The notes under the pieces are model-generated. The model was not told the origin of the DNA. It did not search any database and was given only the letters and a program-made list of their open reading frames with translations. The position numbers and the translations under genes are program-made. From positions 128,588,001 to 128,652,000 of the forward strand of contig NC_043001.1 of NCBI RefSeq assembly GCF_006345805.1: a stretch of 64,000 bases of DNA, read 5' to 3'. Positions 23,619 to 36,589 of this stretch are shown in pieces (the stretch's first letter is position 1; the number at the start of each line of letters is the position of its first letter). The stretch comes from Octopus sinensis (taxonomy: Eukaryota).

Positions 23619-24034
23619 AGGCGCAGGAGTGGCTGTGTGGCAAGTAGCTTGCTAAACAACCACATGGTTCCGGGTTCAGTCCCACTGCGTGGCATCTTGG
23701 GCAAGTGTCTTCTGCTATAGCCCCGGGCCGACCATTGCCTTGTGAGTGGATTTGGTAGACGGAAACTGAAAGAAGCCTGTCGTATATATGTATATATATA
23801 TGTATGTGTGTGTGTTTGTGTGTCTGTGTTTGTCCCCCTAGCAATGCTTGACAACCGATGCTGGTGTGTTTACGTCCCCGTCACTTAGCGGTTCGGCAAA
23901 AAGAGACTGATAGAATAAGTACTGGGCTTACAAAGAATAAGTCCTGGGGTCGATTTGCTCGACTAAAGTCGGTGCTCCAGCATGGCCGCAGTCAAATGAC
24001 TGAAACAAGTAAAAGAGTAAAAGAATAAAAAGAG
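23619..24034 (+). mobile_element. SINE family B
   Basis: Homologous to 1893-2293. Confidence 0.87.
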
Positions 24035-24314
24035 AGATAATAACAATAACAAAAAATATGGGTAAAAAACATTGAATAAATATGTTGTATACACACTCTC
24101 TCTCTCTCTGTTATACACTGCACTGGGGGGGAATACTGGTGTATGCCTATTAAAATTTTTGAGGTGGTCCAAAACATTCAAGCCATTACTGCAAGAAGTC
24201 ATGAGGCTGATGCATTGAATCATAACATTTTTAGTGAGTTGGGTCAACAACAATGGTGAAAAGTTTTTTTTGAGTCAACGACCTGGCCTCACCCATTCTT
24301 TCATTTCTTGTTTT

Positions 24315-24380
24315 TCCTCCTCCTCCTCCCACCACTACTGCTGCTGCTACTACTACTACTACTACACCACCACCACCACC

Positions 24381-24412
<32 letters not shown>

Positions 24413-24430
24413 AACTACTACCACCACCCA
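24315..24430. repeat. Compound trinucleotide microsatellite (CCT/ACT/ACC); one of many microsatellites in the window
   Basis: Direct inspection. Confidence 0.9.
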
Positions 24431-24433
24431 GTA

Positions 24434-24668
24434 AGGCGGCGAGCTGGCAGACACATTAGCGCACTGGGCGGAATGCTTAGCAGTATTTTGTCTGTCGTTA
24501 CGTTCTGAGTTCAAATTCCACCGAGGTCGACTTTGCCTTTCATCCTTTCGGGGGTCGATAAATAAAAGTACCAGTTTCGCACTGGGTTTGATGTAATCGA
24601 CTTAATCCCTTTGTCTCTTCTTGTTCATCCTCTCTGTGTTTTCGCCCCTTGTGGGCAATAAAGAAATA
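24434..24668 (+). mobile_element. SINE family C
   Basis: ggcggcgagctggcag head to aaagaaata tail. Confidence 0.87.
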
Positions 24669-25339
24669 AATTTATATCAGTAATGTCCAAGGCAGGCCAC
24701 ACAAAATTTGTGACATTTGCATAGTCAGGAATATGGTTGTATATGAGTTGATCACAAGCTTTTAGATAATACGTCATGCCATTAAATTTTTTAATTTGAT
24801 ATTTTTACGGTTTTAAATATGCAAATCGTGCTTCTCATGTGTGTTTTTCTGCGATAAACTGAGAAATGATGACGAGTGGCTATTCTGTAAATAACAATAA
24901 TATTTTATAAGCTTGAAGCTTATAAGCAATCACAGTGTATTGGCTAAAGAAAATGGTCTAATATACGCTCCAATATTAGACTATTTTCTTTAATTTTGGG
25001 TTTTATTTAGTCGACTTTAGGTGGAACCATGGCTAATATGGAAAAGTATTTGTGGGCCTTAGCAGAAATACAAGGTTGCATGTCATTGAAGGAGGTCAAG
25101 AATTGGTCTCCAGTTGATCTGGGAAATGTTTAGGGTTAGAGTTAAACCATCGACTTCACTGTCACCAACTCTATCATCTCTGTCATCAAGGTGTGGCTGT
25201 ATGGTAAGAAGTCTGCTTCCTAGCCACATAGTTCTACATTCAGTGCCTTGGGATGGCATCCTGGGCAAGTGTTTTCTACTATGTATGGGTCTGTAAAAGT
25301 AGACTCCATAGGTCATCTTCAAAATTTTCTAAGCAAACC

Positions 25340-25365
<26 letters not shown>

Positions 25366-25373
<8 letters not shown>

Positions 25374-25672
25374 ATCACCGTGACCGACCAGGCTATCAGA
25401 TGTTGCTACACATTGCTAGTCACAATGTGCTTCGCATTGTTTTAGCCTTCAAATGACGCCACCTTGCTGGCTAAGTGAGCAGGCCAACAGAAGAAGCAGT
25501 GAGAGAAAGTTGTGGTGAAAGAGTACAGCAGGGATCGCCCCCCCCCCCCTGCCGGAGCCTCGTGGAGCTTTAGGTGTTTTCGCTCAATAAACACTCACGA
25601 CGCCCAGTATGGAAATCGAAACCACGATCCTATGACCGCGAGTCCGCTGCCCTAACCACTGGGCCATTGCAC
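25366..25672 (-). mobile_element. SINE family A, tail type A3
   Basis: Homologous to 11473-11760. Confidence 0.85.
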
Positions 25673-25917
25673 TTCTATATATATATATATAAAAAAAAAA
25701 ATATCTTTTACTTGTTTCACTCATCAGACTGTGGCTATGCTGAGGCACTGCCCTGAAGAACTTTTGTCAAATGATATATACAAAGAGATTTGAAGCAATT
25801 ATTTAATCACATGCCTCTATCACCACCATCAGTTGCCCTCACCATCATTACCATCATCATCATCATCTAACCATTTATGATGTTGTAGTCTCACTGAACC
25901 TTTTGTTAACATTTCAG

Positions 25918-26000
25918 GTCGACTTCGAAGGACAGGTACTCAACACTCATCAGTTTAAACAACTGTTGGCAATCCCTCCATTACCTATATTAGATCTCAG
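25918..26000 (+). CDS. HPS5: HPS5 exon ([28 protein letters not shown])
   Basis: atttcag acceptor, AG/gtaagt donor, 83 nt. Confidence 0.95.
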
Positions 26001-26019
26001 GTAAGTAACATTTCTCTCC

Positions 26020-26460
26020 TGCTCTCTCTCTTTCTAGTTTTCTCTTGACTCTAATTCTTTTTCATCCATCTTTCTCTTTTCACCATTTTAATCTCTCCTT
26101 TGTTCTCTTCTTCCCATCCTTGATTGTTTGTCTCTCTTTTTCATATTTGACTGTATTTCTTCTTGTTTTTCTCTCTCTCTCTCCCTCTATTAGTCTCTTC
26201 TCTGTTATCTCTCTGCCTCCCTCCCTCTTTCTTTCTCTTCTCACTATAGTCTTTCTCTTTCTTTTTTAACTCTCTCTCTCTCTCCCCTCACCTCTGTCTC
26301 TCTCCTCATCTCTCTCTGATTCTGTTTCTCTTTTCACCTCTGTATCTCACTCTTCTCACTTCTATCTTTTTCCCTCTTCTCATCTCTCTCTCTGTCTCTT
26401 TTTCTTCTCACCTTGCTTTCTTCTCTCCTTCCTCCCCCTTCTGTATGTCTTTCTGTTTGT
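26020..26460 (+). repeat. CT-rich polypyrimidine tract, about 440 bp
   Basis: Direct inspection; lies immediately after the donor at 26001. Confidence 0.85.
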
Positions 26461-26695
26461 GATTGCTCAAACAATAAATGCATGCCTGCTTCTATTTAGC
26501 TGACTCATTTGTGAAATAAATATTTCATCAGAACTGGAACACCTACAAAGTACATGAACATCTCCCATGAGTCACTAAGCATCACCTATAGTTCTATTAA
26601 CTTGCTATTGTAACTAGTGATTGAGTAAAACAGAAGCTTTTGTTGCTGAGCTTCAGGTTATCTTTAATCAGGCAGCCTTAAAAAAAAGAAGAAGG

Positions 26696-27405
26696 GTAAA
26701 GACCTCCTTCGGTCATGAATGACCTTGTGATTGCACCTCGAAAGTTCCTCTCCTAGGCACAAATCCAGGTAAGGTTGTTTATAGAAGACCAGTTGATCCA
26801 ATATAGCAGCTCAGTTAACATCTGTTCACCTAATGGTCAGGTGTTCAATACTGAGACCTCCACTTCAGTCACGACACTGACCATGGGATTGCACCTAGAA
26901 AGTTCCTCTCCTAGGCACAAATCCAGGTAAGGTTGTTTATAGAAGACCAGTTGATCCAATATAGCAGCTCAGTTAACATCTGTTCACCTAATGGTCAGGT
27001 GTTCAATACTGAGACCTCCACTTCAGTCACGACACTGACCATGGGATTGCACCTAGAAAGTTCCTCTCCTAGGCACAAATCCTGGTAAGGTTGTTTATAG
27101 AAGACCAGTTGATCCAATATAGCAGCTCAGTTAACATCTGTTCACCTAATGGTCAGGTGTTCAATACTGAGACCTCCACTTCAGTCACGACACTGACCAT
27201 GGGATTGCACCTAGAAAGTTCCTCTCCTAGGCACAATTCCTGGTAAGGTTGTTTATAGAAGACCAGTTGTCACCCATGCATACCAGCCTCCCCTTTCCAT
27301 GCCACCGATGCTATCCAAGGCAAAGGCAAAGGCCGATACAGCTTGGCGCCAGTGACGATGCAACTCATTTCTACAGCTGAGTGAACTGGAGCAACATGAA
27401 ATGAA
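26696..27405 (-). repeat. Truncated SINE-like element (family E) whose 3' part is amplified as a 158-bp tandem repeat, about 3.4 copies
   Basis: gattgcacc recurs at 26729, 26887, 27045 and 27203. Confidence 0.9.
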
Positions 27406-28273
27406 AAGTCAGGCAGCCTTATGAATAAAAGAATTCCATTTGTGACCATTCCATCTCTTATTCAGTATTTCTCGAGTTAGAATACCTCATGTAGCCTTAC
27501 TGTTTGAAGACAAAAGGGCCAAGGTCAGATGTATGGCCATTACCCAAGGGTCCCCAAGCATTGGAAACACCTTTATCTCAGAGAAGCATAAAGTTTGGAG
27601 TTAAAAATGAAAAAATATATTTACAGCTATCAAATAAATAATTTGCAGTTTTTTTAGCTTGTTGAAGTGTTTTTTTAATTGAGTTCTTTTAAAATTATTG
27701 AACTTCCTTTTGATTTTTATGCTTTGTATTAGAAAAATTGTGTCAGTTCCCAAAATCTATAAGTCCAGGGCCCCACTAGATCTAAATCCAGCCTTAAGTA
27801 GGGTGTACTTTGAGTGATATTTGGCTACTATTTCAAGCAGGTTGAATGACCACATAGAAGTTACTTTATAGATCTGTTTAACCTTAAGTCAACCCCCGTT
27901 GAACAAACTTGTGATCAAAGGCATTCCAGCTGTGACCATTCTGAAAACAGTAGGGGTATGATTTGAGTGAGCTTTTAGTTGCTACTTCAAGCTGGTCAAG
28001 TTACTTTGTAGAGACTCCTAAAAACTGACTTCAGTTGGCAAAAAAAGAAGGCATCAAATTGGCAGTTGCTAAAGCCCAGGATAAAGTGCCAGGCAGTGTT
28101 TATTTTGGCTCTCAAATCTTACTGTGGTCAACTTTGCCTTTCATTCTTCCATGGTTGCTAAAATAAAGTATCAGTTCAAAGTAGATTAGTAAAATTATTA
28201 GAATGTTGGATAAACTGCTTTGCAGTATCTGTTCTGGCTCTTAGCATTCTGAGTCCTTAGATGGTAGACATAA

Positions 28274-28493
28274 CCCTTTAGCATTCAGATTCTCCTTTCA
28301 AATATATTATTTATCTATTCCCACAGTTTTAAATTAACTATGCATTGTCTTGCAACTTCAAGATTTCAATGAAGTGATAGTTTATTTTTCAGAATTACAT
28401 TGTAGGGCAGGTGTGAGAGGTCAGATCTGGTCAGTTTGAACAAAGAAAAGGGAAACTATTTGTGTTGGATATGGCTGGTTTAAATGCTACAGA
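28274..28493. mobile_element. piggyBac-like MITE (family F), opposite orientation, decayed; partial copies also at about 5010-5223 and 48594-48805
   Basis: ccctttagcattcag... tttaaatgctacagagttaa; the body is homologous to 1641-1859. Confidence 0.7.
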
Positions 28494-29145
28494 GTTAATC
28501 TGGTGTCAGTCCTTGGGCGCTTTCACTGGAATTTTAGCTTATTTTCCACATGCCATCTGTGGTTTCCTGACCACAATCTTTGATGATTTGTTGCAAGCAT
28601 TTGAGCCAAGTCTCTGGTTTGAGGATAACTTCCTGCCTTCTCACTAGTTTTGGAGGGATCTGAAAAATTTTAAGGGTCATGGGTGCAGCCATTCCTTTGC
28701 TGACTAAATGGTAAAAGGGAGGACAGAAAGGATCTTGTTCACGAGATGAGGTGCTGCATCATGATGGTGAAATGTGGGAGTTGAATATGGAAGATGTGCA
28801 GAGGCTAGAGAGAAATGTATCAAATATATGTTACTTGCTCTTTGCTCTTTGCTCCATATGGAATATAGGTCATTGAGGACTTTTCTCCACTGGTCACTGT
28901 TATGGGCTGTTGTTAAGTCCCAAGTCTCCCAGGGCTTGTTGGTTTTGAATTGTCATTGGTGCTTCTAAAACTTTGATTTTTCTAGGTAGAGGTGCTGACT
29001 GTATGCAAGAGGTGTTCCATATTAGCCTGGCCTCTGTCAATTTGACTTGTCCAGTATGAGAGGCCCTACAAGGAGCTTGTGCTCCACAGGCATAGCTCAC
29101 TGGTCATTGAGGCTCATAAACCATTGCACTGTAACAAGGACTCCT

Positions 29146-29856
29146 TTTTTTTTTCTTTACTTGTTTCAGTCAATAGACTACGGCCATGCTGGGTCACTGC
29201 CTTGAAGAATTTTTAGTTGAATGAATTGACCATAGGACTTTTTAAAACCTGGTACTTATTTAATCAATCTCTTTTGCTGAACCACCATGTTACAGGGATG
29301 TAAACAACCCAACACCGGTTTGTGGAGGACAAACCGAAACACAAAGACACACATATATGTAGATATTTATAAATAAGGATAATATCGATATTTAAATATC
29401 AATATTATCAAGTGGCCAGCATGGGAAAAATACCATACAAAGGTAATAATTTTTTACAACTAAAAATAAGGGTGTCTGAGAGACACCACCATGCCGAAAT
29501 AGCAGTCAAATCCCTGACTCGAAAAACCACGTTAACTGTTCATATCGCACCATGAGATAAGACAGAGGGACAAAATAGACTAGCAAAAAAATATTACTGA
29601 ATAATTCAAGATCCTGGATTTCTAGCTTTGCTTTAAATAAGCTTTGCCGTCATCGGTTGGATATGCTTTTGATATATGTAGATATATATGTATATGACAG
29701 ATTTTTTCAGTTTCTGTTAGCCAAATCCACTCACAAAGCCTTGGTTGGCTTGAGGTTATAGTAGAAGGCACTTGTCCAAGATGCCCTGCAGTGGGTCTGA
29801 ACCTGGAACCATGTGCTTGGGAAGCAAACTTTTAACCACACAGTCATGCCTGTGTC
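29146..29856 (-). mobile_element. Decayed SINE B split by a ~300-bp PLE-like piece (about 29380-29680)
   Basis: B 3' end at 29150-29350 and B head at 29700-29856. Confidence 0.65.
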
Positions 29857-30003
29857 TATTGAATATGTAATAAGAATTTGGTTGAAAAGCGGTAAACAAG
29901 CAAGCTAAGAGATCTGCTTCACACTAAAGATACCAGCAGTGGTGTGAGTTTGTGTTTGTGTGTGTATGTGCAAGAGAGATGACTGTTCTGTGAAAAGACT
30001 ATG

Positions 30004-30381
30004 ATGGAAGCACTCCGTCGGTTACGACAACGAGGGTTCCGGTTGATCCGAATCAACAGAACAGCCTGCTCGTGAAATTAACGTGTAAGTGGCTGAGCAC
30101 TCCACAGACACGTGTACCCTTAATGCAGTTCTCGGGGATATTCAGCGTGACACAGAGAGTGACAAGGCCAGCCCTTTGAAATACAGATACAACAGAAACA
30201 GGAAGTAAGAGTGAGAGAAAGTTGTGGTGAAAGAGTACAGCAGGGATCACCACCATCCCCTGCCGTGGAACTTTTAGGTGTTTTCGCTCAATAAACACTC
30301 CAACGCCCGGTCTGGGAATCGAAACCGCGATCCTACGACCGCGAGTCCGCTGCCCTAACCACTGGGCCATTGCGCCTCCAC
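30004..30381 (-). mobile_element. SINE family A, tail type A1
   Basis: TSD gaaaagactatga on both sides. Confidence 0.88.
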
Positions 30382-30642
30382 GAAAAGACTATGAATGCTT
30401 GGTGAAACAGCGTTGATGAAAGGTACATGTAGAAGACTGAAGAAGACGCAGGAGAAAATGGTGGGAATCCCTAAGATCTGTGTCATTTAATAGATGAAAT
30501 GATGAAGGTGTGTGATGCATGACAATATACTGTACTTAGACACCTCCAACTAATACCACCCTAGAAAACTCAGTGCTAATACTATGATGCTAAACAACGT
30601 GGACAACATAACTTGGTGTTATTAATATGTTTTCTTTATCAT

Positions 30643-30998
30643 AGGTGCAGACGTGGTTATGTGTTAAGAAGCTTGTTTCCCAACCACATGCTTCTGGTTT
30701 CAGTCCCACTGCAGAGTACCTTGGGCAAGAGTCTTCTACTACCGCATCAGGCTGACCAAAGTCTTCAGAGTGGATTTGGTAAATGGAAACTGAATGTGTG
30801 TGTGTGTGTGCGTGTGTATTTGTGTTTGTTCCCCACCACCACTTGACAACCATAACCTAGCAGTTTGACAAAAGAGATCGATAGAATAAGTTTTGGGCTT
30901 AAAAAAGTACTGGCGTTGATTCATTCAACATAAAAATTCTTCAAAATTAGACTGCGGACATGCCCCAGCATGGCCACAGTCTAATGATTGAAACAAAA
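30643..30998 (+). mobile_element. Decayed SINE B ending about 45 nt before an HPS5 acceptor
   Basis: Diverged homolog. Confidence 0.7.
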
Positions 30999-31041
30999 TT
31001 AACCTTTATACATTCATTTTATGACATTTCTTTCTCTACAG

Positions 31042-31119
31042 GTGCAAAGAATATAATCTACCAAAAGACGAGAAATGGAATGTTTTGTCTGTAAATTTTG
31101 TTCAGATAAAGCAAGTAAA
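31042..31119 (+). CDS. HPS5: HPS5 exon (CKEYNLPKDEKWNVLSVNFVQIKQV-K)
   Basis: tttctctacag acceptor, AA/gtaagt donor, 78 nt, phase 2 to 2 fits both neighbours. Confidence 0.85.
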
Positions 31120-31502
31120 GTAAGTTCTATTAAAAAAAGTTTATTATTTTCTATTTTCATCCCAATTTCTTATGGTAGCTGATAAAAATTTTCTGAGCTG
31201 AGTCTTAATGACAAAATAATTATAATTTGAATAAAGTTACAAAAAAAAGTAATAACAAAAATTTTTGACATTAGAATTCTATTCTTCTCATGACATTCAG
31301 TCATTGGCCATATTCAGTATTTCATTGGAACTAATTGTTGTTGAAACCTATTGACTACACACCATCATGAGTTTCTTGACAACAGACCACCGCTAATGAC
31401 TTGGCTCCACCAATAGTCACCTGACCTCGCAACACCACCATGTCTCCTGACCACCCAATTGTTGTTTATTTCTGTGTGCCTTACAGTTACAAAGGACATG
31501 TG

Positions 31503-31888
31503 TGGAAGCACTCCGTCGGTTATGACGACGAGGGTTCCGGTTGATCCGAATCAACGGAACAGCCTGCTCATGAAATTAACGTGCATGTGGCTGAGCACTC
31601 CACAGACACGTGTACCCTTAACGTAGTTCTCGGGGATATTCAGCGTGACACAGAGAGTGACAAGGCCGGCCCCTTGAAATACAGGTACAACAGAAACAGG
31701 AAGTAAGAGTGAGAGAAAGTTGTGGTGAAAGAGTACAGCAGGGATCACCACCATCTCCTGCTGGAGCCTCGTGGAGCTTTTAGGTGTTTTCGCTCAATAA
31801 ACACTCACAACGCCCGGTCTGGGAATCGAAACCGCGATCTTATGACCGCGAGTCCGCTGCCCTAACCACTGGGCCATTGCACCTCCAC
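31503..31888 (-). mobile_element. SINE family A, tail type A1
   Basis: TSD caaaggacatgt on both sides. Confidence 0.88.
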
Positions 31889-32242
31889 ACAAAGGACATG
31901 TATAGTTGTAACCATTACATAATACTGGGAGCTTATGAAACTCATGAACAACAAGATAGATCTACAGTTAGAACGTGCACATTCACTCACATACACGAAT
32001 AACAGTCAATTTTCTAATTGAACCAAGGAGGCTATGTCCATTTGTTTTTCAAATCATTGATTCTAGTTGATGCTCCTGTTGTTTTTGGTGACAGGACAGA
32101 GTTTCAACTTGGAACATGCAAAGCCAAAGCAGCTATCACAAGGTGTTCTGTCAGATGCTGTAACAATGCCACCATCCCACCTTGAACCCTGAACTGGTAC
32201 TTGCCTTATTGACCCTGAAAGGACATTAGGCAAAGTTAAGCT

Positions 32243-32855
32243 CATCATCATCATCATCGTTTAGCGTCCGCTTTCCATGCTAGCATGGGTTGGACGGTTC
32301 GACCGGGGATCTGGGAAGCCAGAAGGCTGCATCAGGCCCAGTCAGATCTGGCAGTGTTTCTACGGCTGGATGCCCTTCCTAACGCCAACCACTCCGTGAG
32401 TGTAGTGGGTGCTTTTTACATGCCACCTGCACAGGTGCCAGACGGAGCTGGCAAACGGCCACGAACGGATGGTGCTTTTACGTGCCACCGGCATGGGGGC
32501 CAGGCGAGGCTGGCAACAGACACAAATGGATGGTGCTTTTACGTGCCACCCGCACAGGTGCCAGACGGAGCTGGCAAACGGCCACGAACGGATGGTGCTT
32601 TTACGTGCCACCGGCATGGGGGCCAGGCGAGGCTGGCAACAGACACAAATGGATGGTGCTTTTACGTGCCACCCGCACAGGTGCCAGACGGAGCTGGCAA
32701 ACGGCCACGAACGGATGGTGCTTTTTACGTGCCACCGGCATGGGGGCCAGGCGAGGCTGGCAACGGACACGAATGGATGGTGCTTTTTTATGTGCCACTG
32801 GCACGGGGGCCAGGCGAGGCTGGCAGTGGACACGAGCAGATGGTGCTTTTTCAAA
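32243..32855 (-). mobile_element. Family D repeat with an expanded internal array, (AB)3B, 123-bp dimer
   Basis: Alternating ~62/61-bp units at 32409-32850. Confidence 0.9.
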
Positions 32856-33292
32856 ACAAATACTGCAAGGCATTCTATGCAACACTCTAATGACTACAAA
32901 TTTGCTGCCATCAAATATATAAAAGTTGTATGAAGTAGCATTGAATAAAATGTGTTGATATAAAGTCATATTTAACATATTCAAGCACACTGGGACATAG
33001 GAATACCTTGCATTGTGGAAATATCTCCAGGAGAAAATTCTCCTTCTAAGTGATGTGTAAAAACACTGAATGGGCTGTTTATCACATCATTAGATTGTAG
33101 GACGTGATTCTACATTCTTTTCGATTGTCAAATATAAGCACTAAATCTGTCAGCCTCTACCTGTTAAGAATGACTTCATTCTTATATTTGAACAGCAAAC
33201 AGTATATTTCCTGATGTGCACGAAACTTGGTCAATCTAGAATTAAATAAAGTCACACGAAGCAGCGTTGAATAAAATATATTCGGTATTTTA

Positions 33293-33528
33293 GGCAGCGA
33301 GCTGGCAGAACCGTTAGCACGCCGGGCGAAATGCGTAGCCGTATTTTGTCTGCCGTTACGTTCTGAGTTCAAATTCTGCCGAGGTCGACTTTGCCTTTCA
33401 TCCTTTCGGGGTCGATAAATTAAGTACCAGTTATGCACTGGGGTCGATATAATCGACTTAATCCGTTTGTCTGTCCTTGTTTGTCCCCTCTGTGTTTAGC
33501 CCCTTGTGGGTAGTAAAGAAATAGGTAT
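33293..33528 (+). mobile_element. SINE family C
   Basis: Full-length copy. Confidence 0.88.
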
Positions 33529-33841
33529 TTGTATAAATTCATATCTAACATGCTTAAGCATTCTTGTATGTAGACAGTTCTTCCACTGCAGAAATAATCC
33601 CAGGAGATAATTCTCCTCCTCAACAACATGGAGGGTGGGGGAAATAGATTGAGCTGTGAATGACATTGTTGAATTGTAGAATACATGTTTCTATGTTCTT
33701 TCATGTCATCAGCTACAAAACACCAAATCAGCTGAACTGAAGGTCAACTTATGTTGTTGATAGTAGGCAAATCCCAGCTTCCAGCTTTATGAGATTGAGT
33801 GATAAAGAATGAATTAAATTGAGTTGAAAAGTTAAGAACGT

Positions 33842-34206
33842 AGGCGTAGGAGTGGCTGTGTGGTAAGTAGCTTGCTAACCAACCACATGGTTCCGGGTTC
33901 AGTCCCACTGCGTGGCATCTTGGGCAAGTGTCTTCTGCTATTGCCCCGGCCGACCAATGCCTTGTGAGTGGATTTGGTAGACGGAAACTCAAAGAAGCCT
34001 GTCGTATATATGTATATATATATTGCTTGACAACCGATGCTGCTGTGTTTACGTCCCCGTCACTTAGCGGTTCGGCAAAAAGAGACCGATAGAATAAGTA
34101 CTGGGCTTACAAAGAATAAGTCCCGGGGTCGATTTGCTCGACTAAAAGGCGGTGCTCCAGCATGGCCGCAGTCAAATGACTGAAACAAGTAAAAGAGTAA
34201 AGAGTA
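33842..34206 (+). mobile_element. SINE family B (internal deletion)
   Basis: Homologous to 1893-2293. Confidence 0.87.
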
Positions 34207-34566
34207 ACTATCTGTTTAGCTTTGTTGTTGAGCTTTGGATCAGCTCTAGTTGAATAGACCTATGATCAAATACATTCCAGTTATGACCACTTCATCTTTT
34301 TAAGCTAAGACATTTTAGACAGTGAGGTATATGAAGGAGATTTGGTTGCTATTTCAAGTCAGTTGCTATTATAGAGCTTCCCTCCCTTACATTTCTGCAG
34401 TGACCATCTCATCGTTTTCTCTGACAGTATATCTAGGGATATATTGTACACTATATCCAGTTTGACTTTACATTTTTAATAAAGTAAGGTGTGATTTCAA
34501 AGAGATTTAGCTGCCATTTCTGGTAGACTGAACAGCCATTTTCCTTCTTTCCTTCTCTTTTATTAA

Positions 34567-34786
34567 CCCTTTCATTACCAACCCGGCTGAAACCGGCTCT
34601 GGCTCTGAGTACAAATGTCTCGTTTTCATAAGTTTTGAATTAAAATCTACCTCCAAACCTTAGTCATAATTTATGTTCCTAACACTAGCTGAATGATAAC
34701 TAAGTTATTTTACTAAATTCTTTGTTATATTTAAAGTAATTGAAAGAAACACTGAGCATCTCAAAATAAATACAGTAACGAAAGGG
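34567..34786. mobile_element. piggyBac-like MITE, second family
   Basis: TTAA-ccctttcattac ... gtaacgaaaggg-TTAA. Confidence 0.85.
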
Positions 34787-34980
34787 TTAATGTGGCGAAG
34801 TGGCCGATCCAGTTAAGTGCCAGATTAGGTTTCCTTTATGGGCCTTTACATTCTGAGCTCAAGTCCTGTTGGGATATAGTTTATCCATACTTTAGGCTCA
34901 ATAAAATACCAACCAGTCCCCTTACAATATGTTCCCCTTACAATACGTTACCATTATTATTTCTCTTATTTTTTGCTTAG

Positions 34981-35069
34981 GAATATGCTGTTAGCTTGGA
35001 CCGACAGTGCTATATTTATCTTCGATCCTGTTAATGTGCGGACAGTTCTTTGGTGTGCAGATCTAAAAG
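34981..35069 (+). CDS. HPS5: HPS5 exon (NMLLAWTDSAIFIFDPVNVRTVLWCADLK-E)
   Basis: ttttgcttag acceptor, G/gtatgt donor, 89 nt. Comparable to human [28 protein letters not shown]. Confidence 0.93.
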
Positions 35070-35128
35070 GTATGTGAAACCGTTGACTTTTCCCTTTCTT
35101 CTATCTCTCCTTTCTCAGTGTCATTGCC

Positions 35129-35570
35129 TTAGGTGGTGAGCTGGCAGAGTTATTAGCATGCCGGCCAAAATGCATAGCAGTATTTCATCCGTCTTTACGT
35201 TCTGAGTTCAAGTTCCTCCAAGGTAGCTTTTGTCTTTCATCCTTTCGGGGTTGATGAAATAATTACCTATTTCTTTATTAGCCACAAGGGGCTAAACATA
35301 GAGGGGACAAACAAGGACAGACATAGGTATTAAGTCGATTACATCGACCCCAGTGCTTAACTGGTACTTAATTTATCGACCCCCGAAAGGATGAAAGGCA
35401 AAGTCAACCTCGGTGGAATTTGAACTCAGAACGTAACGGCAGACGAAATACCGCTAAGCATTTCGCCCGGCGTGCTAACAATTGTGCCAGTTATGCAATG
35501 GGGTCAAGATAATTGACTTGCCCCCTCCCCGAAATTACTGGCCTTGTGCCAAAATTTGAAACCAATATCA
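35129..35570 (+). mobile_element. Older SINE C (+) with a younger SINE C (-) nested at about 35267-35482
   Basis: C head and core, then a reverse-complement C, then the remainder. Confidence 0.8.
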
Positions 35571-36299
35571 TAGTCGTTGTCATCATCGTCATCTGTTTTT
35601 TCCCTGCTGGCATGGGTTGGATGAGTATTTTATGCCTTGATGCTTTTCTTCATACCAACCCTTGTTTTCAAGTAAGATACATTATTCTGTAGTCTCTGCA
35701 ACATCAAACGACTCAGCTGTTAGACTTCTTGCTTATGTGGTACACAAAAATATCACTGTTATCCAAGCAGTGGCAATGTGAAGCATGTAGAAATACACAC
35801 ACGCACACACACACATGGATATCAGAAGGTATTGATCATGATCAGGCCAATTTCATACAGTGAAATTGAGCCCAGATCCACATTATTCTGAAGTAAACAT
35901 CATAACTACATTGACATGCTTGATCTTTTCAATAATTCACCTTTCAAATTTGGTGGTAGTAGTAGTAGTAATAGCAGCAGCAGCTGTAGAGTTTTAGGCA
36001 AAAATGCATTATTCTGATTAATTCTTTCATCAGTTATTTGGAAAGTACAGAGAAGACTATGCTTCTATGATGAAGTCAGAATAAGATTGAAACACTCCTC
36101 CCAGAGTTGATGATTTCTGATTTAGGCACAAGTCCAGCAGTTTTGAAGGAAGTACTAGTTTTGACTAGTATTTCATTTTATTGACTCTAGAAATGATGAC
36201 TGGCAAAGTCGACCTGTTCAGGACTTGAACTCAGGTACGTAAAAGAGTCACAAGGAATTTTCCCTGACTTTCTGAAGAAAAAAGAAAAATACAAATTTT

Positions 36300-36560
36300 T
36301 GTACTATGACTACTATGGGAGATAACTCAGGACTTTTCTGATTATTAGGTCCCTTTAACCAAGCACAGGCTTTACAATATCTGAAATCTACAACAGGTAA
36401 CATTAAATAGGTTACCTGTTAACTTAGGTATCATTTTTTTTAATGTAGATGGCGTCCAAGAGTAATTTCTTTTCTGAACGTTTCAGCAGTAATGACATGC
36501 TAACTGAATGTAGGAGAGATAACTGATTGCTCGATTCAGAAATAATCATGGTTAGAATTC
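36300..36560 (-). mobile_element. Decayed GIY-YIG (PLE) C-terminal remnant
   Basis: Reverse complement contains LLLDAIYIKK.IPKL, resembling the RLILEALYIKKLKPSLN-type motif. Confidence 0.4.
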
Positions 36561-36589
36561 ATTTATACACACAGGAGTGGCTTTATAGC

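Noticed and set aside
24234-24508. Poly-Thr/Tyr and poly-Leu/His ORFs
   Set aside because: Translations of a compound trinucleotide microsatellite.
26729-27270. CRISPR-like array (also 58643-59245 and 8762-9126)
   Set aside because: The intervening sequences are identical, not unique spacers; the context is eukaryotic with no cas genes.
28740-28840. Very decayed RTE coding scraps (also about 30385-30480 and 62600-62700)
   Set aside because: Motif resemblance is too weak to set boundaries or assign a family.
29380-29680. Hammerhead in the PLE-like piece (atgccgaaatagcagtc)
   Set aside because: No CTGANGA core upstream, and stem III is disrupted.
32285-32990. Overlapping 130-200-aa ORFs with 41-aa repeats
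   Set aside because: By-product of a stop-poor 123-bp minisatellite dimer inside a family D repeat.
9216-35069. TECPR2 as the gene identity
   Set aside because: The propeller is related, but the diagnostic [26 protein letters not shown] and the later AATDEA...KKWVEYL segments match HPS5 as recalled.
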